DNA of 64,000 bases from Octopus bimaculoides (lineage: Eukaryota), in assembly GCF_001194135.2 (NCBI RefSeq), contig NC_068983.1, positions 150,066,730 to 150,130,729 on the forward strand, read 5' to 3'. Position numbers and translations under genes: made by a program. This document shows, in pieces, positions 39,975-52,644 of this stretch. Every line of letters begins with the position of its first letter. Positions within the stretch are counted from its first letter, which is position 1. The notes under the pieces are model-generated. The model was not told the DNA's origin, did not search any database, and saw nothing but the letters and a program-made list of their open reading frames with translations.

Positions 39975-40375
39975 GCTATAGACACAACTACATAGAAGAA
40001 AAGTTGGTATCCTCAGCCTTTTAAAAACTTCCAGATATGGAAAGATGGTTGAGATTAATTGAGGTAGAGTTCAATTTCAATTGTTGCAGTTATTTTTAAC
40101 ACCAGGTAGTTTTGACTGAGCAGATCTCTTGTCCAAAATTTTTGTTTATCTAAGACTACACTACCCAAAGTGACCCTCTCGTTTCAAGATGGTAAAGTGT
40201 GATTTGAGTATTTGGCTATATCTAGCAGATTAATAGTTACTAGCTGGAGAAAAATCATTAGTAAGAAGGGAATTCAAAAAGAACATAGTTTTGGTGAATT
40301 ATTGCATCACATGAGGCAGATAGACTACACTTCAGGAAAAAAAGCTATTTTTGTGAAAGTATGAAATGAAAGCTT

Positions 40376-40380
<5 letters not shown>

Positions 40381-40444
<64 letters not shown>
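40381..40444. repeat. (TC)n(TA)n compound microsatellite
   Basis: Read directly. Confidence 0.95.
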
Positions 40445-40446
<2 letters not shown>

Positions 40447-41289
40447 GTGCACAAGTGTAAGATGTGGTTTATAAATGGTTCACAGATGTCTAGGGCTAAT
40501 GTATTTCCTGGCCCAGGTGAAATGAAGAAACCTTGGTCATATGCAACAGTTGAGACTTCTTATTGCTTGGCTTCTCAAATTGCATTTGCAAGAATATCTG
40601 GAGAGTAATTAACAGGTATTATTTCCAAGGTTATAACACAAGCACAGCTAAGGATGACAGATTCAAGAATATTAATATAAAGAGGAAACCCATCCTCTGT
40701 AGTGTAGTCTTGGGTGTACAACACATGTAGGCTCATGATAAGTCAGGTACTTGAGATCTCAGTGCTGTTTGTGAGCAGATCTGTAGTTGGATGTTCAATC
40801 CCACTGCACAGTGTTTTGTGATTTTGCAAAAGTGTCTTCTATGGCTTCAGATTGACCAAAGCTTTGTGAGGAACCATTGTTGTTACTGGACAATGGGTTC
40901 AACCTATTGCTTGGTTTAACACCACCTACTGGTCTTTGGGCACCACTAGAAAAATCCCAACATACAAACTAATCACCTGCCTGAGGATAACTCCCATCAA
41001 TTACAGAGACCCTGAAAATGGCCATAGGTATTGCCCTTCTTACTGTAAGTCTCAGAGAGAGAAAGAGAGAGAATTATGTTGTGGACTTACCTCTTTCAAA
41101 TGCATAATGTCTATGTTGCTGAATAAATTTACAAATTGTAAAATCATCTAGGATATTTTGAAGTTCTCTAATGAATAGTCTATAGTAGCTATAAGAGCAA
41201 GAGAATGATAACTGGCAAAGTCAGTGAGACGTATGCTGAGATAGAAACCAAATTCACACAAGTGAGCAGGAGGGCAAAAAGAGGTCTAT

Positions 41290-42530
41290 CAGAAGATTTG
41301 TTTACATATGTATGACCAAGTCAGTAGCAGAGGTGGATGCTCTGAAAGAGTAGCTTCTAGAATACGAATAGGCTGGGCCAAGTTCAGAGAGCTCCTACCT
41401 CTGCTGGTAACAAAGGGTCTCTCACTCAGAATGAAAGGTAAACTGCATGACACATGAGCAAACTGCCATGTTACATGGCAATGAAACAGGAGCTGTGGCT
41501 GCGTAAGCTGCGTAAGCTTGCAAGAAATGAAGCTGGTATGCTCCGTTGGATGTGTAATGTCTGTGCATACATGACAGAGTGTAAGTGCCCTGAGAAAAAA
41601 GTTAGACATAAGAAGCATCAGGTGTGGTGTGCAAGATAGAGAACTGCGCTGGTATGGTCATGTGTTTGCATATGGATGAGGACAGCTGTGTGAAAAAGTG
41701 TCACACCCTAACAGCAGAGGGAACCTGTGGAAGAGGTAGACATGGGATGTGGTGGTGAAGCACAACCTTCAAACGTTGGGTCTCACAGAGGTAATGACAA
41801 GTGACTGAGACTTTTGGAGATATGCTGTGCTTGAGAAGATCCAGCAAGTCAAGTGAGACTGCAGCCATGGCCTATGCCAGTGTCACATAACTAGCCCATT
41901 TAAGAATACCCTTCAATCATTGGGCAATATACTGTGCTTGAGTAAACCTGTTGAGTCAAGTGAAATCATTATCATAGCCAATGTCAGTACTGCCTGACTA
42001 GCACCCATGCCGGTGGCACGTAAAAAGCACCATTCAAGCATGGTTGATGCCAGTCTCGCCAGACTGGCTCCCATGCCAGTGGCACATAAAAAGCACCATA
42101 CAAATATGGTCGATGACAGTACTGCTTGACTGTTATCATGCTAATGGCAAGTAAAAAGCACCATTCAAATGTGGTTGTTGCCAGTTCCACCTGACTGGCT
42201 CCCGCGCTGGTGACATAAAAGCACCATTTGAGCGTGGTCGTTGCCATTGCTGCCTGACTGGCTCCCATGCCAGTGTCACGTAAAAAGCACCATTCAAGAG
42301 TGGGCAATGCCAGTATTGCTTGACTTACCCTCGTGCTGGTGATAAGTAAAAAGCACCATCCGAACATGTAAAAATCACCCACTACACTGTTGGAGTGGTC
42401 GGTGTTAGGCAGGGCATCCAGTTGTAGAAACCTTGTCAGATCAGATTGGAGCCTGGTGCAGTCCTCAGTCAAACCATCAACTCATGCCAGCATGTAAAGT
42501 GGATGTTAAACAATGATGATGATGATGATG
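41290..42530 (+). mobile_element. 5'-truncated RTE LINE: ORF C-terminus, 3' UTR minisatellite and (GAT)n tail
   Basis: DQVSSRGGCSE..RIRIGWAKFRELLPLLVTKGLSLRMKGKLHD, WYGHV, and tail gttaaacaat(gat)n. Confidence 0.9.
41982..42360 (+). repeat. ~65-bp minisatellite (6 units) in the RTE 3' UTR
   Basis: taaaa(a)gcaccat recurs at 42021, 42087, 42152, 42216, 42281 and 42347. Confidence 0.9.
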
Positions 42531-42939
42531 TATGTAATGTTCAGTTGGATGCAAAACCAGATTTGGAGTTTACATCCAACTGAACATTGCAGGCTAGAGT
42601 ATGTGTGTGTAACCCTGTTTGTAAGCTAACAGATAACTTGAACACACACACACCTGCTAAGAGACCAGAATATACAACTGCAATTGGGAAAGTCATAGAA
42701 TAGAGTTTCAAAATGAAGTAAATGTTGGTGATACTCTTGCAGAAAACTTATTTGGCAACACTGGGGTATTTTCTCCAGATGTTGAAGGCTGTTATTCATT
42801 TATTTCTTTTTTTTGTTCATATTTCAATGTCATATCCTATTTTGAAGGTTATTGAATTGTGGGTCATAGAGGAACATTACTCAGAAGGATGTTTTTGTCA
42901 TTCATTCAACAGACATGGTGAAATAGTTATTGGTAATCA

Positions 42940-43420
42940 CTAGAGTTAGATCCAATTAATTAGCTCGCTTGAATGAATGAAAACTGATGCTGTGGTTGCT
43001 GAGTATGGTTACATGTAGTGACACAGTAGAGATCAAAGCTTTGCATATATTGAAATAGGAGTTAGTAAAAGACATAAATGTGATGTGTAAGATGTAGAGT
43101 ATTTTGAATAGGAAAGATTTCATTTTCTGCACTAGCTGGGTTAGTGTTAGTGAGGTGGGTCGGTGAAGAAGAAATCTGAAAGTTGAAGTCCATGGAAACA
43201 AGGATTTCAGTGAGAGGAAAGCAGTGAAAAATGATCCCCATGTAGGAAAAGTGGTCAAACTGAATGTTGATAATAGGATGAGTTTGAAGATTGATAAAGG
43301 AAGAATGTGCTTTTGAAGTATTGTAGGAGTTAAGAAGTGAAACAAAACCAGCTGGAGTAACTGGAAGTGTTTGTTGCTGACGCCAAAATGATTTGAATTC
43401 ATTGATTATAGTTGTAACAT
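42940..43420 (-). mobile_element. Degraded CR1/Jockey-group LINE fragment
   Basis: ORF 42956-43402 contains TPTILQK...FPTW and ICKALI (compare DixKAFD); weak match. Confidence 0.4.
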
Positions 43421-46384
43421 AATGCTTTAGGTCAGCACAAATGGAAATATCTTGTATGAGTCCAAACTATAGATTAAAAATATCTTATTTTCATTTTGAT
43501 AATTAACTCAAAGAAAAAAAAATGTGAGGGAGATGTTAAAACAAATGCTAAGATAAACGGTCAAGTTAATTGAGGGGGGATTTAAGTTACCAATCCAAAT
43601 AACTGTAGTAAAAAAGATAAACAATGAAACAAAATATCAGATTATTTAAGATCTGTATTACTCCACAAGGCAATGACAAAATTCATGAATAATGATAATT
43701 GTAGTCAGTCCATCAGTTTTCAAGGAAACCAAACAAAATAAATTGAATTTCTGACAACTAATGCTTTGGGATGAAAATATCACCTGCATCATCATAATCA
43801 GCCAAATAACCATATTTCTATGATGCCAGTGATTGGAAAGGACTGAACACTAGTACAATTCCATCAATACAATGATAACTGTAAAATCTAATTTTTAAGG
43901 ATTTGGCTGGATTAGCTAATTTCAAGCTATTCTAAGGCACATTTTTTTAAATGTATTTATTGGAATGGTCAAAATTGAAGGCCCTTTAAGAATGGTGAAA
44001 TTGATGCATTTAATATTCCAATGGTTGCAAGAAAAACAACTGTGAAATGAAGCTATCATATCAGTTTTATCTAAATTATTAGATGTAAGCAGATTACTAC
44101 ACACCTACCACAAAACAATTCCATCCTTTATTCAGATGAATTAATAAAAATTTTTAAAAAGTGAAAGAAAGAAAGAAAGAAAGAAAGAAAACTGAAGTTA
44201 AGAAAATAACTTTAAAAAAAAATTTCAGGTTGAAACAAGTTGGATCTCTTATGGTACATATCAGATGACAAAACAGTAGCAGCTCTGAAGACATATAATG
44301 TTTGGTTTTTATTTCTACAAAATACATCTTGCATTGAATGAACATTTCCTAATAATTGTTGTGTAAAGCTTCTAAAAATGCCGTCAAAAGGGGGATTTTT
44401 CCTTCATAATTCTGCTTCATTATGAAGTTGCTATATTTTCCTTGTATAGAAGCATGATGGTTATACGGTCATGGCATAATGATCATCAGTTTAAATAAGC
44501 TGCTTCATTAATTAGGCACCACTAGTATTTCATAGCTGCATAGCTTGTATTAATGAAGGGCAAGAGTGTTCAATCTACACTAATATGCGATAAGAATTTT
44601 ATGCAAAAGGTAGCCAGTCAGCATACATTAGGTCTTTTGGGCATAACTAATGTTTGGACTTAAAAGAAGCTCATACTATTTCAAATACAGCTTGTTTATG
44701 CAAGATACTTTATTAGTATTCTGAGCATATCAATCAACTGAAGTTCCTTCATTTGCCATGTGCACTTCACCAACTATTTCATAATGGTTGCTGATATACA
44801 TAAAGTCAACTGTTACCCAACTGCCATTATGTTGAATATCTGAGTAAAGCACATTTAACTATCTGTCTCAGACTTCTAAATACCATTCCTATAGCTGAGT
44901 AGTTAGCAGTAAGAATATTCAATAAGTGCTCCAACAACATATAAATCGCCAAACCTGTTAGCAAGGAAAATTAATTCTAAGTAATAATTTTTTATTTCTT
45001 TCTCAAATTTTTAAGATTGAAATAAATTCCAATAAATCAATTGATTATTGTGATAGTATCAAGAAAAATGAAATAGATAAGCAACAGGAGGATAGTGATT
45101 CAAACCAAATTAGTCATTTCAAATATGAATAATGTCATGTCATAGTATTTATCCCATTTTAGGAAAAATACTAGCAGACAGTTTGAGTGTCAAAGTTGTT
45201 TGCATGATGACTAGAAAGTAATCTAAACAAATTAGAAAAATTGTATATTTTGTCAAGAACAATATACCATAACATTTGATGGTACATTTAAAGCAAAACT
45301 GTTAATGATTTGGTTGCAGTTCCTGCACTGAACTGGAAGTAGTTTATAGCTGAATGACTTGATAAAAAACAAATATCAAATTGAATGAAAGTTGGAGCCC
45401 ATAAAATGGGACTAGAAACTGTGATGCCAATACAATTTCTCCATAAGTTGTTTGTTAACACTGGAGCAAGTATGGCAGGCAAACTCAAGAGACGTTTCAC
45501 ATTACCGATGCAATGGGGTTGAAACTCTGGCAGATATCTTATTGGCTTAATGGTTACATGTTTCTAAAGTGGTGAATTATTAGTTCATTCAGTGAGTTAT
45601 CAGTTAAGCAATTAGACATAATTATAACTACTACCACTTTCCACTCCATTGGCTTGAAGTTTCAAAACAATGTAAGGAATGAAATCTAAATACAAAGTAA
45701 TCAAGGTATGCAGTGAGTATTCTTGTATATGATCAAATAATAAATTTGGAAATTTACTTAAGGCTGGCATCAAATAAACAAAAACCAAAACTGAAATGTT
45801 ACAATTTCTCCAGTGAGATAGAGATTGAAAACCAAAGGTAAACAAAGCACTAAATCTGAAAAAAGAAATATTACCAAAATCTATTTTGATTGACAACTTA
45901 GAAGAACAACCCGCAAAAGTTATATTACTCAATGCACTTCAAAAGATTTTAAACAACTGTGAGTTACCAGTAGCTAAAATTACAGTTAAAAATGTTAGCT
46001 ATTCAGAAAAATCAAATCAAGTTTCAACTGATATTAATAAAGAAGTGCAGCCTGAATTATGATAATAATGAATGTGAAGATCAACAGAAACTACATAGGA
46101 TAAATAAAAGAGAACAACCAATTCTTCATAAGTACAGAAGAGAATAGTGAGTGAAGGAGAGAGTAATAACATCTTGCAAAATACATAAAGGTAATATTCA
46201 CAATTGACAGGGTTTGAGTAGGAGTGGGTCGTTTTACTGCTTACTCAACCTGAAAATTATTTATCTGACTAGAAATCTAAGTAAACCAGAATCAAAGAAG
46301 ACAAGTGTAAGATAAATGATTTTCATAGAGTTTCCGTCAAGTGATAGGTCTTAGAATTTGTTGGAAATAAGAATGACAGCAATT

Positions 46385-46930
46385 CATCATCATCGTTTAA
46401 CGTCCACTTTCCATGCTAGCAAGGGTTGGACGATTTGACTGAGGACTGGTGAACCAGATGGCTGCACCAGGCTCCAATCTGATCTGGCAGAGTTTCTACA
46501 GCTGGATGCCCTTCCTAATGCCAACCACTGCGAGAGTGTAGTGGGTGCTTTTACGTGCCACCGGCACAAGGGCCAGTCAGGCGGTACTGGCAATGGCCAC
46601 GCTCAAAATGGTGTTTTTTACGTATCACCTGCACAGGAGCCAGTCCAGCAGCACTGGCAACGACCTAGCTCGAATGTTTTCTAATGTGTCAGTAAGGCGA
46701 CACTGGTAATGATCACGCTCAAATGGTGCTATTTACGCGCCAATGGCATGGAAGCCAGACAGCTGTTCTGGCAATGATCATGCTTGGATGGTGCTGTTAG
46801 TGCTCCACTGGCACAGGTGCCAGTCATCGAATATGGTCCAATTACGATTTTGATTTCACTTGCCCCAACAGGTCTTCGCAAGCAGAGTTTAGTGTCCAAT
46901 GAAGGAGAGGTTGGCATGGATGCCAGTCGT
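46385..46930 (-). mobile_element. RTE LINE 3' UTR and tail
   Basis: (cat)n cgtttaacgtccactttccatgctagc...; includes minisatellite-related units. Confidence 0.9.
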
Positions 46931-47730
46931 CGAAGATATTAATACAAAACAAAAGCAAAAGCTGTATGAAACTAAAGTTTTATTTTCTGCTCTATGTAGT
47001 TTTTAGTAATGAAATAACACTAGATTTTTATATTTGTGCCAGTTAACTGAAAACCAAATTCTTATTTTAAACAAATGCACAAAACAACAAATTAGTTCTA
47101 AATAAGTATTTATCTGTAACTAAGAGTCAAATCAAATGATTACCAACTCTAAAGTTTGGAGTGAGAAAGAAATGATTGTGAATTATCTATCAATTTTCCC
47201 CCAGGGAAGAAACAGTAGAAACACAGGCTGTTCTCAAAATATATCATTTCATCTGAATGCCTCTTCACCATATGCAGATGTTGTGATACTAATATAATTC
47301 TTGGTATTCAAAGATTTCTAAATTGTATATATTTCTTTGTTTTGCTTGAGAATCAATTATTTAAATAATGTGAATAAAATATAAATCTTAAAATACTGTT
47401 ACACTACAATGCATCCTTTGATTAGTATTTCAAACAATAGAAATGGTTATATAATTTCCACCAGAGAACTGTTTGTTCTGTAAAACTCCAAATTTATTTC
47501 CAGGCAAGCCGTTTTAACACAGAAGTATGACTGAGTGCATCACCCCCTACTCCAAACTGATGTGTCTACTACATACATGTATAATTTAAAATTCTCTATT
47601 TGTTCTGTTTAACTCAAATACCTTCAATTTTCTGTTTACCACACTATAAGGGTTCATATAACTCACATTAATTGATAACAATATTTCACAAATATCAAAT
47701 AAAATGGCTGATTAGAACAAATTCTAAAGC

Positions 47731-47862
47731 AAAGCTAGAAAAGCACTCGGAGAGCGCAGACCTCCGCCAAGCAGCTCATTTCTACCCATATACATGCATG
47801 CTGAAAATTGCCCAATTTCCCAAACCAACGCCGCCAAAAACATAACCACCTTGGCAGGGGTT
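47731..47862 (-). mobile_element. Minimal HINE/DINE-1-like element (~130 bp)
   Basis: Minus strand reads 5' cccctgccaaggtggttatgtttttgg ... 3' cttggcggaggtctgcgctctccgagtgcttttctagcttt: subterminal inverted repeats plus 3' palindrome gcgctc-tcc-gagtgc. Confidence 0.65.
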
Positions 47863-48245
47863 GCAGGACGACCTGCTGAGATGAAAAACAATTGGAGGTT
47901 TCTGCAGGACAACCTGCTGAGAGCCACCGACCAGATCTGTGGCTGGTGTAAAGTCCCCCTCTCGACCCAAAGTAATGTGCCGCTGGACTGGCTCCTGTGC
48001 AGGTGGCACATAAAAAAGTACCATTTGAGCATGGCCATTGCCAATACCGCCTGACTTGTCCTTGTGCCGGTGACACGTAAACGTACCCACTACACTCTTG
48101 CAGTGGTTGGCATTAGGAAGGGCATCCAGCTGTAGAAACTCTGCCAGATCAGATTGGAGCCTGGTGCAGCCATCTAGTTCACCAGTCCTCAGTCAAATCA
48201 TCCAACCCATGTCAGCATGGAAAGCAGACGTTAAACGATGATGAT
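47863..48245 (+). mobile_element. Internally deleted RTE copy: linker fragment fused to 3' UTR and tail
   Basis: NWRFLQDNLLRATDQICGWCKVP (ORF 47794-48054) is joined at about 47977 to the 3' UTR, which ends ttaaacgatgatgat. Confidence 0.8.
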
Positions 48246-48246
48246 A

Positions 48247-48279
<33 letters not shown>

Positions 48280-48317
48280 NNNNNNNNNNNNNNNNNNNNN
48301 NNNNNNNNNNNNNNNNN
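48280..48317. other. Assembly gap (N) in (TA)n/(CA)n
   Basis: N run. Confidence 0.99.
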
Positions 48318-49679
48318 ACACACACACACACACATACATATATACACATATGTATATATACATATATATATATATACACATATATATATAAACACAAATA
48401 TATACACACACACAAATATATATATGCACACACACACACACACACACACACAAAATATTTGACATTATATTTTGACATCGATAGGCATTTTTATGGACCA
48501 CGTCCAATATCTGCAGTTTTTCACTATTTGCGGGTGCTCTAGGAACATAACCCACACGAATATTAGGGGACTACTGTACTGCAATGTAGCAAAACATTTT
48601 TACATTGGTACCACTGTTCAGCATGCTGGTTTCTTCCTCACGTATGACATGTATTTACAGCTAGGTAGACTGAATGATTTTACAAAACTCAAATTTTAAA
48701 TTTTAACAAGTCTAAAGTAAAGTTTGATTGGAATATAAACATATTCTTCAATCCTGTTAGGTACCACAGTTCACTATATACATATAATTTTCCCTTTGAA
48801 GAAATTTAAATTGCTAGAATTTTTTGTATTGCAATGATCTCTGGAGATATCACCAGCAAATCAAATGACAACAAACATTTATGTTCATTTGATGAAAGCA
48901 CATTCCTCTGTTTACTCCAGTCAGCTTGGCTAACAACAGACCTAAGTATGACATCAGAGTTGTGGTGTTAGCAATAGGATGGTAAATAGGATGGCATTTA
49001 ATACCCAGTCATAAATCAAGTAGTTGCAAATTTTCAGAAACCAATCAGCTTATGTATTGAGAAACAAATATATCTAAAATTTAGATAACATTAAACTGTA
49101 TTCATTCCAATTCAATGGGGTTTAATTAAACATTGTAGATTAGTGTGCTAAAACCTACCATGTTGCTGCATAGGAGTGTTAGTTCAATTTCATTATAAGG
49201 GAAATATAGATAATGTATATAAAATGGAGGAGGGGAGCCCAGAAGAAACAGTATGAATAAACATTTAGATGGCAGAGTTAGTCATACAATATATACTATC
49301 ACAGTAATAACTTGTTTCAAAAATTTGGAAATATAAATGTATAAATTTATAATGTGAAGCCGGATTGTTTTGAAATTAGTTTGCTGATTTCAATTTAAAA
49401 CTGGAGCTATGCTTTATTCGTAAGTATTATCAATCATTTTTTTTTCAGTTGTATTGGGTTCCTTCTATGATTATATGAAGAACTAATTTTTTAAAAATTA
49501 TTCTTTACACATGTTAATCTAAAAATAATAACTATACAAGTTATGCTGAAATCAAACAGCATAAAATATGGCATGTTTATGATAAAATTCCTAATTTAAA
49601 ACCAGAAAAAAAAGGGGAAAAAAGGAGGCTAGTTTTTTACTGATATCAAGAAGTTTATTTTACATGTGTGGAGGGAGGG

Positions 49680-49711
49680 AGGGAGAGAGAGAGAATGAGA
49701 GAGAGAGAGAA

Positions 49712-49760
<49 letters not shown>

Positions 49761-49777
49761 AAGAGAGAGTGTGTGTG
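49680..49777. repeat. (GA)n-rich microsatellite grading into (GT)n
   Basis: Read directly. Confidence 0.95.
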
Positions 49778-50702
49778 TCATGCATGTGTATTGATAAAGG
49801 TGTTTCTAAACTGCTAACACAATTCATCCATTCATATCTAATACACAAAGCTAACGCATAAAACATGGAGCTGAAATATAGATGTTCATGTTTGGCAAAG
49901 TACCACATAGCAGCAATCAGAGAAGAAAAATCAATAACTAGGTTATATTATTCCCACTTTTACTAAGTAAATTCAGTGCATTCAAACGAGTGCACTTGGA
50001 ACGTGAATGAGAAACTTCCAGTTTTAGATTTCATATGTGAATGAAACGGGAGGATGGGGGGTGGAAGGGGAGATAATAAATAAATAATACATAATAGGCC
50101 ATCAAGAAATTGGTTGGTTGCTCATTTATACATAAACTATTTTGAGTAAAAGAAATAGCTTGGAATAAGGTTACTCTATCTATCAAGATAGTGATTACTA
50201 CAAATAATATAAGAGCTAAAGATATATTACCAAGAAAGTTAATGTTTGGCTAAAGATGAGAAGAAGAAGAAAAAAACGCCACCCCCTCCACCACTGACAA
50301 TCTTATATTTATATCATAATAAATTCCAAGCAACTCCAGTTGGTTGTAAGTAATACACAACTTTTTTTTTTTTTTTTTGTCAGAAGTCAACAAACAAATC
50401 ATTAAAGATTTCTACATTACCAATATAAAGCCTCAAATTTAGCACAGAGGAGTAATGGAAGCTTTGACATCCTTTCAAACTGAAGCAATGCTAACTTATT
50501 ATCCCATCCCTACCTTCTCACTTAATAATGACTTTATATACATAGACATGAAATATAATGTTGAAGGTATAAACAGAATCACAATGTTTATATCACTAAC
50601 AAAGTCAATGATTATAGACATAAATGGAGAGGAATGATTCCAAATAGGATTCTAGATTCAGTTTACTAAAACTACCTTTGTATAGTAATTATTATTATAA
50701 AA

Positions 50703-51722
50703 GCAGTAAACTGGCAGAATTGTTAGCATGCCAGACAAAATGCTTAGCAGCATTTCTTCTGGCTTTATGTTCCAAGTTCAAAATTCTGTGAGATTTACTT
50801 TGCCTTTCATCCTTTCAGGATCAATAAAGGTATATGCCAGCCAAGCAAGTTGATTACATTGATTTGCTCCTCCTCCAAAATTTCAAGCCTTGTGCCTAAG
50901 TTTAAAGAATTATTATTAAAGAAGCAAGCTCAGAGAATCGCTAGCTTTCCAGACAAAATGTTTAGCTGCACTATTAATAGAGCAGGAATTGATGAAACAG
51001 TATGCCATGGTTTGGTCCTTTGCTTTTGCCATCATCACTTCAATGTCCACTTTTCTATGCTTGCATTGGTTAGATGGAGTTCACAGAGGCATATTGTCTG
51101 TGACTGGATGCCCTTCCTGTCCTCAATTCTCAAATATTTACAAAGTAATATTTCTCCATAATCAGACATGTTCTCACAGGACACTGGAAATGAATGACAC
51201 TGTTTGTGTGAATGACATTCATTTACAATTATCGCAATGTCAAGACAAGAACACACACACACACATCTACAACAGGCTTCTTTCAGTTTCTTTGTACCAA
51301 TTTTACTCACAAGGCTTCGGTTGGTCTGGAGCTATAGTAGAAGACACTTGCCCAAGATGTCATGCAGTAGACTGAAAATGAAAACGTGGTTGGGAAGCAA
51401 ACTTCTTAACCACACAGCTATGTCTATGTATTTTGAGTTCAAATCTTGATAGGATTTACTTTACCTTATATCTTTCTAAGGCTTATAAAATGAAATGCAA
51501 GTCATATAATAGAATTAATTTAATTGATTGTACTCCTCTTTCAATATGTTAACTCCCCACTTAGTTAAATTATTGAATCCAAATCTTGCCAAAGTCAACT
51601 TTGCCTTTCATTCCTCCTGGGTCAATAAAATAAAGTAGCAATTAAGGACTGGAGTTGATTAAATCAACTAACGTCCCTTCCTCTAAAATTGCTAGCCTTG
51701 TGCCTAAATTGAAAACATTATT
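50703..51722 (+). mobile_element. Family-A SINE copies (50703-50918, 50920-50975 continuing after 51425, 51575-51722), interrupted by a family-B SINE
   Basis: ctggcagaattgttagcatgcc head; core tttgcctttcatcc; tails ccttgtgcctaa...attatt. Confidence 0.75.
51030..51425 (-). mobile_element. Family-B SINE, full length
   Basis: Head agctgtgtggttaagaagtttgcttcccaaccac, CORE-like ttgggcaagtgtcttctactatagc, and RTE-like tail with (GAT)n. Confidence 0.85.
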
Positions 51723-51740
51723 GTAAATTAATTTATAACC

Positions 51741-51840
51741 AGTATAGCTGTGTGGTTACAAAGCTTACTTCCCAACCATGTTGTTTCAGGTTCAGCCCCA
51801 TTGCATGGAACCTTGAGTAAGTGTCTCCTATTATAGTCCC
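51741..51840 (+). mobile_element. Family-B SINE head
   Basis: agctgtgtggttacaaagcttacttcccaaccatg...caggttcagcccc...ccttgagtaagtgtctcc. Confidence 0.75.
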
Positions 51841-52090
51841 AAAATTAGCACTTTTATGAAGGAAGATTTGCTTGTCAAGTAAATGAGATTTTTGTAAACA
51901 ATTATTGCTAAGTATCCTTGCTTGGTTAGCAGCTTTATGGTCATAGATATTAAAAATGTACTGAATAAATTGGGAGGACAGTTACTATTTAACACACCGC
52001 AAAAAAAAAAATGTAGATAGTTCGGTATGAAAATATTTCAGGTGTTCTGGTATAAAAAAAAATTGAATGATGGGAAATACAAATGGTTAC

Positions 52091-52192
52091 CTGTAAATGG
52101 GGCCATGATGCTTCTAGTGTGGGATCATCTTCTTCTGGGTCAAAATCAGGATTATCATTAGGTGGTAGTGTTCGAAATATATTACAAGCAAT
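52091..52192 (-). CDS. PPP2R5E: PP2A B56 internal exon (102 nt, phase 0/0): [34 protein letters not shown]
   Basis: Minus strand reads TTTTCAG|ATTGCT...TTACAG|GTAACC. Contains the B56 acidic loop FDPEEDxP and EASWPHLQ. Not in the ORF track. Confidence 0.97.
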
Positions 52193-52644
52193 CTGAAAAG
52201 AATAAGATTAATGTTAGAAATTGATATTTAAGTATTTCAATGGTATGATGAGAAGTTGGTGGACTAATTACACTGAATGAATAAAAACAATTCTGTAAAC
52301 TTTACCATTTATAAAATTGTACCGTTGAATGAAAAGAATAGTCAAGATAGTTTAAATGATACGCAATTTAATTAGTAAAAAATATTCACCTTCAATTAAC
52401 CATTGACAACACAATCTTTGTTCCAAAAAAATAAATAAAATGAAGGAACATGCTAAAAAGTATCTATATTTATGAAATGCAAAGATTTCAAGTGCAATTT
52501 TCTTATTTGACTTTAAATTTTAACAGAGTGGAATAAATCCATTCAAGTAATCCTTTGTGTAAAAAAAAAAATGCTATTTTAAAATTATTTACTAAATAAA
52601 TAGTGAAAGAAACTTCTAAGTAACAACAAAGGATACATCCAACC

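Noticed and set aside
41982-42360. CRISPR-like array
   Set aside because: Units are homologous along their whole length with no unique spacers, they lie in a LINE 3' UTR, the context is eukaryotic, and there are no cas genes.
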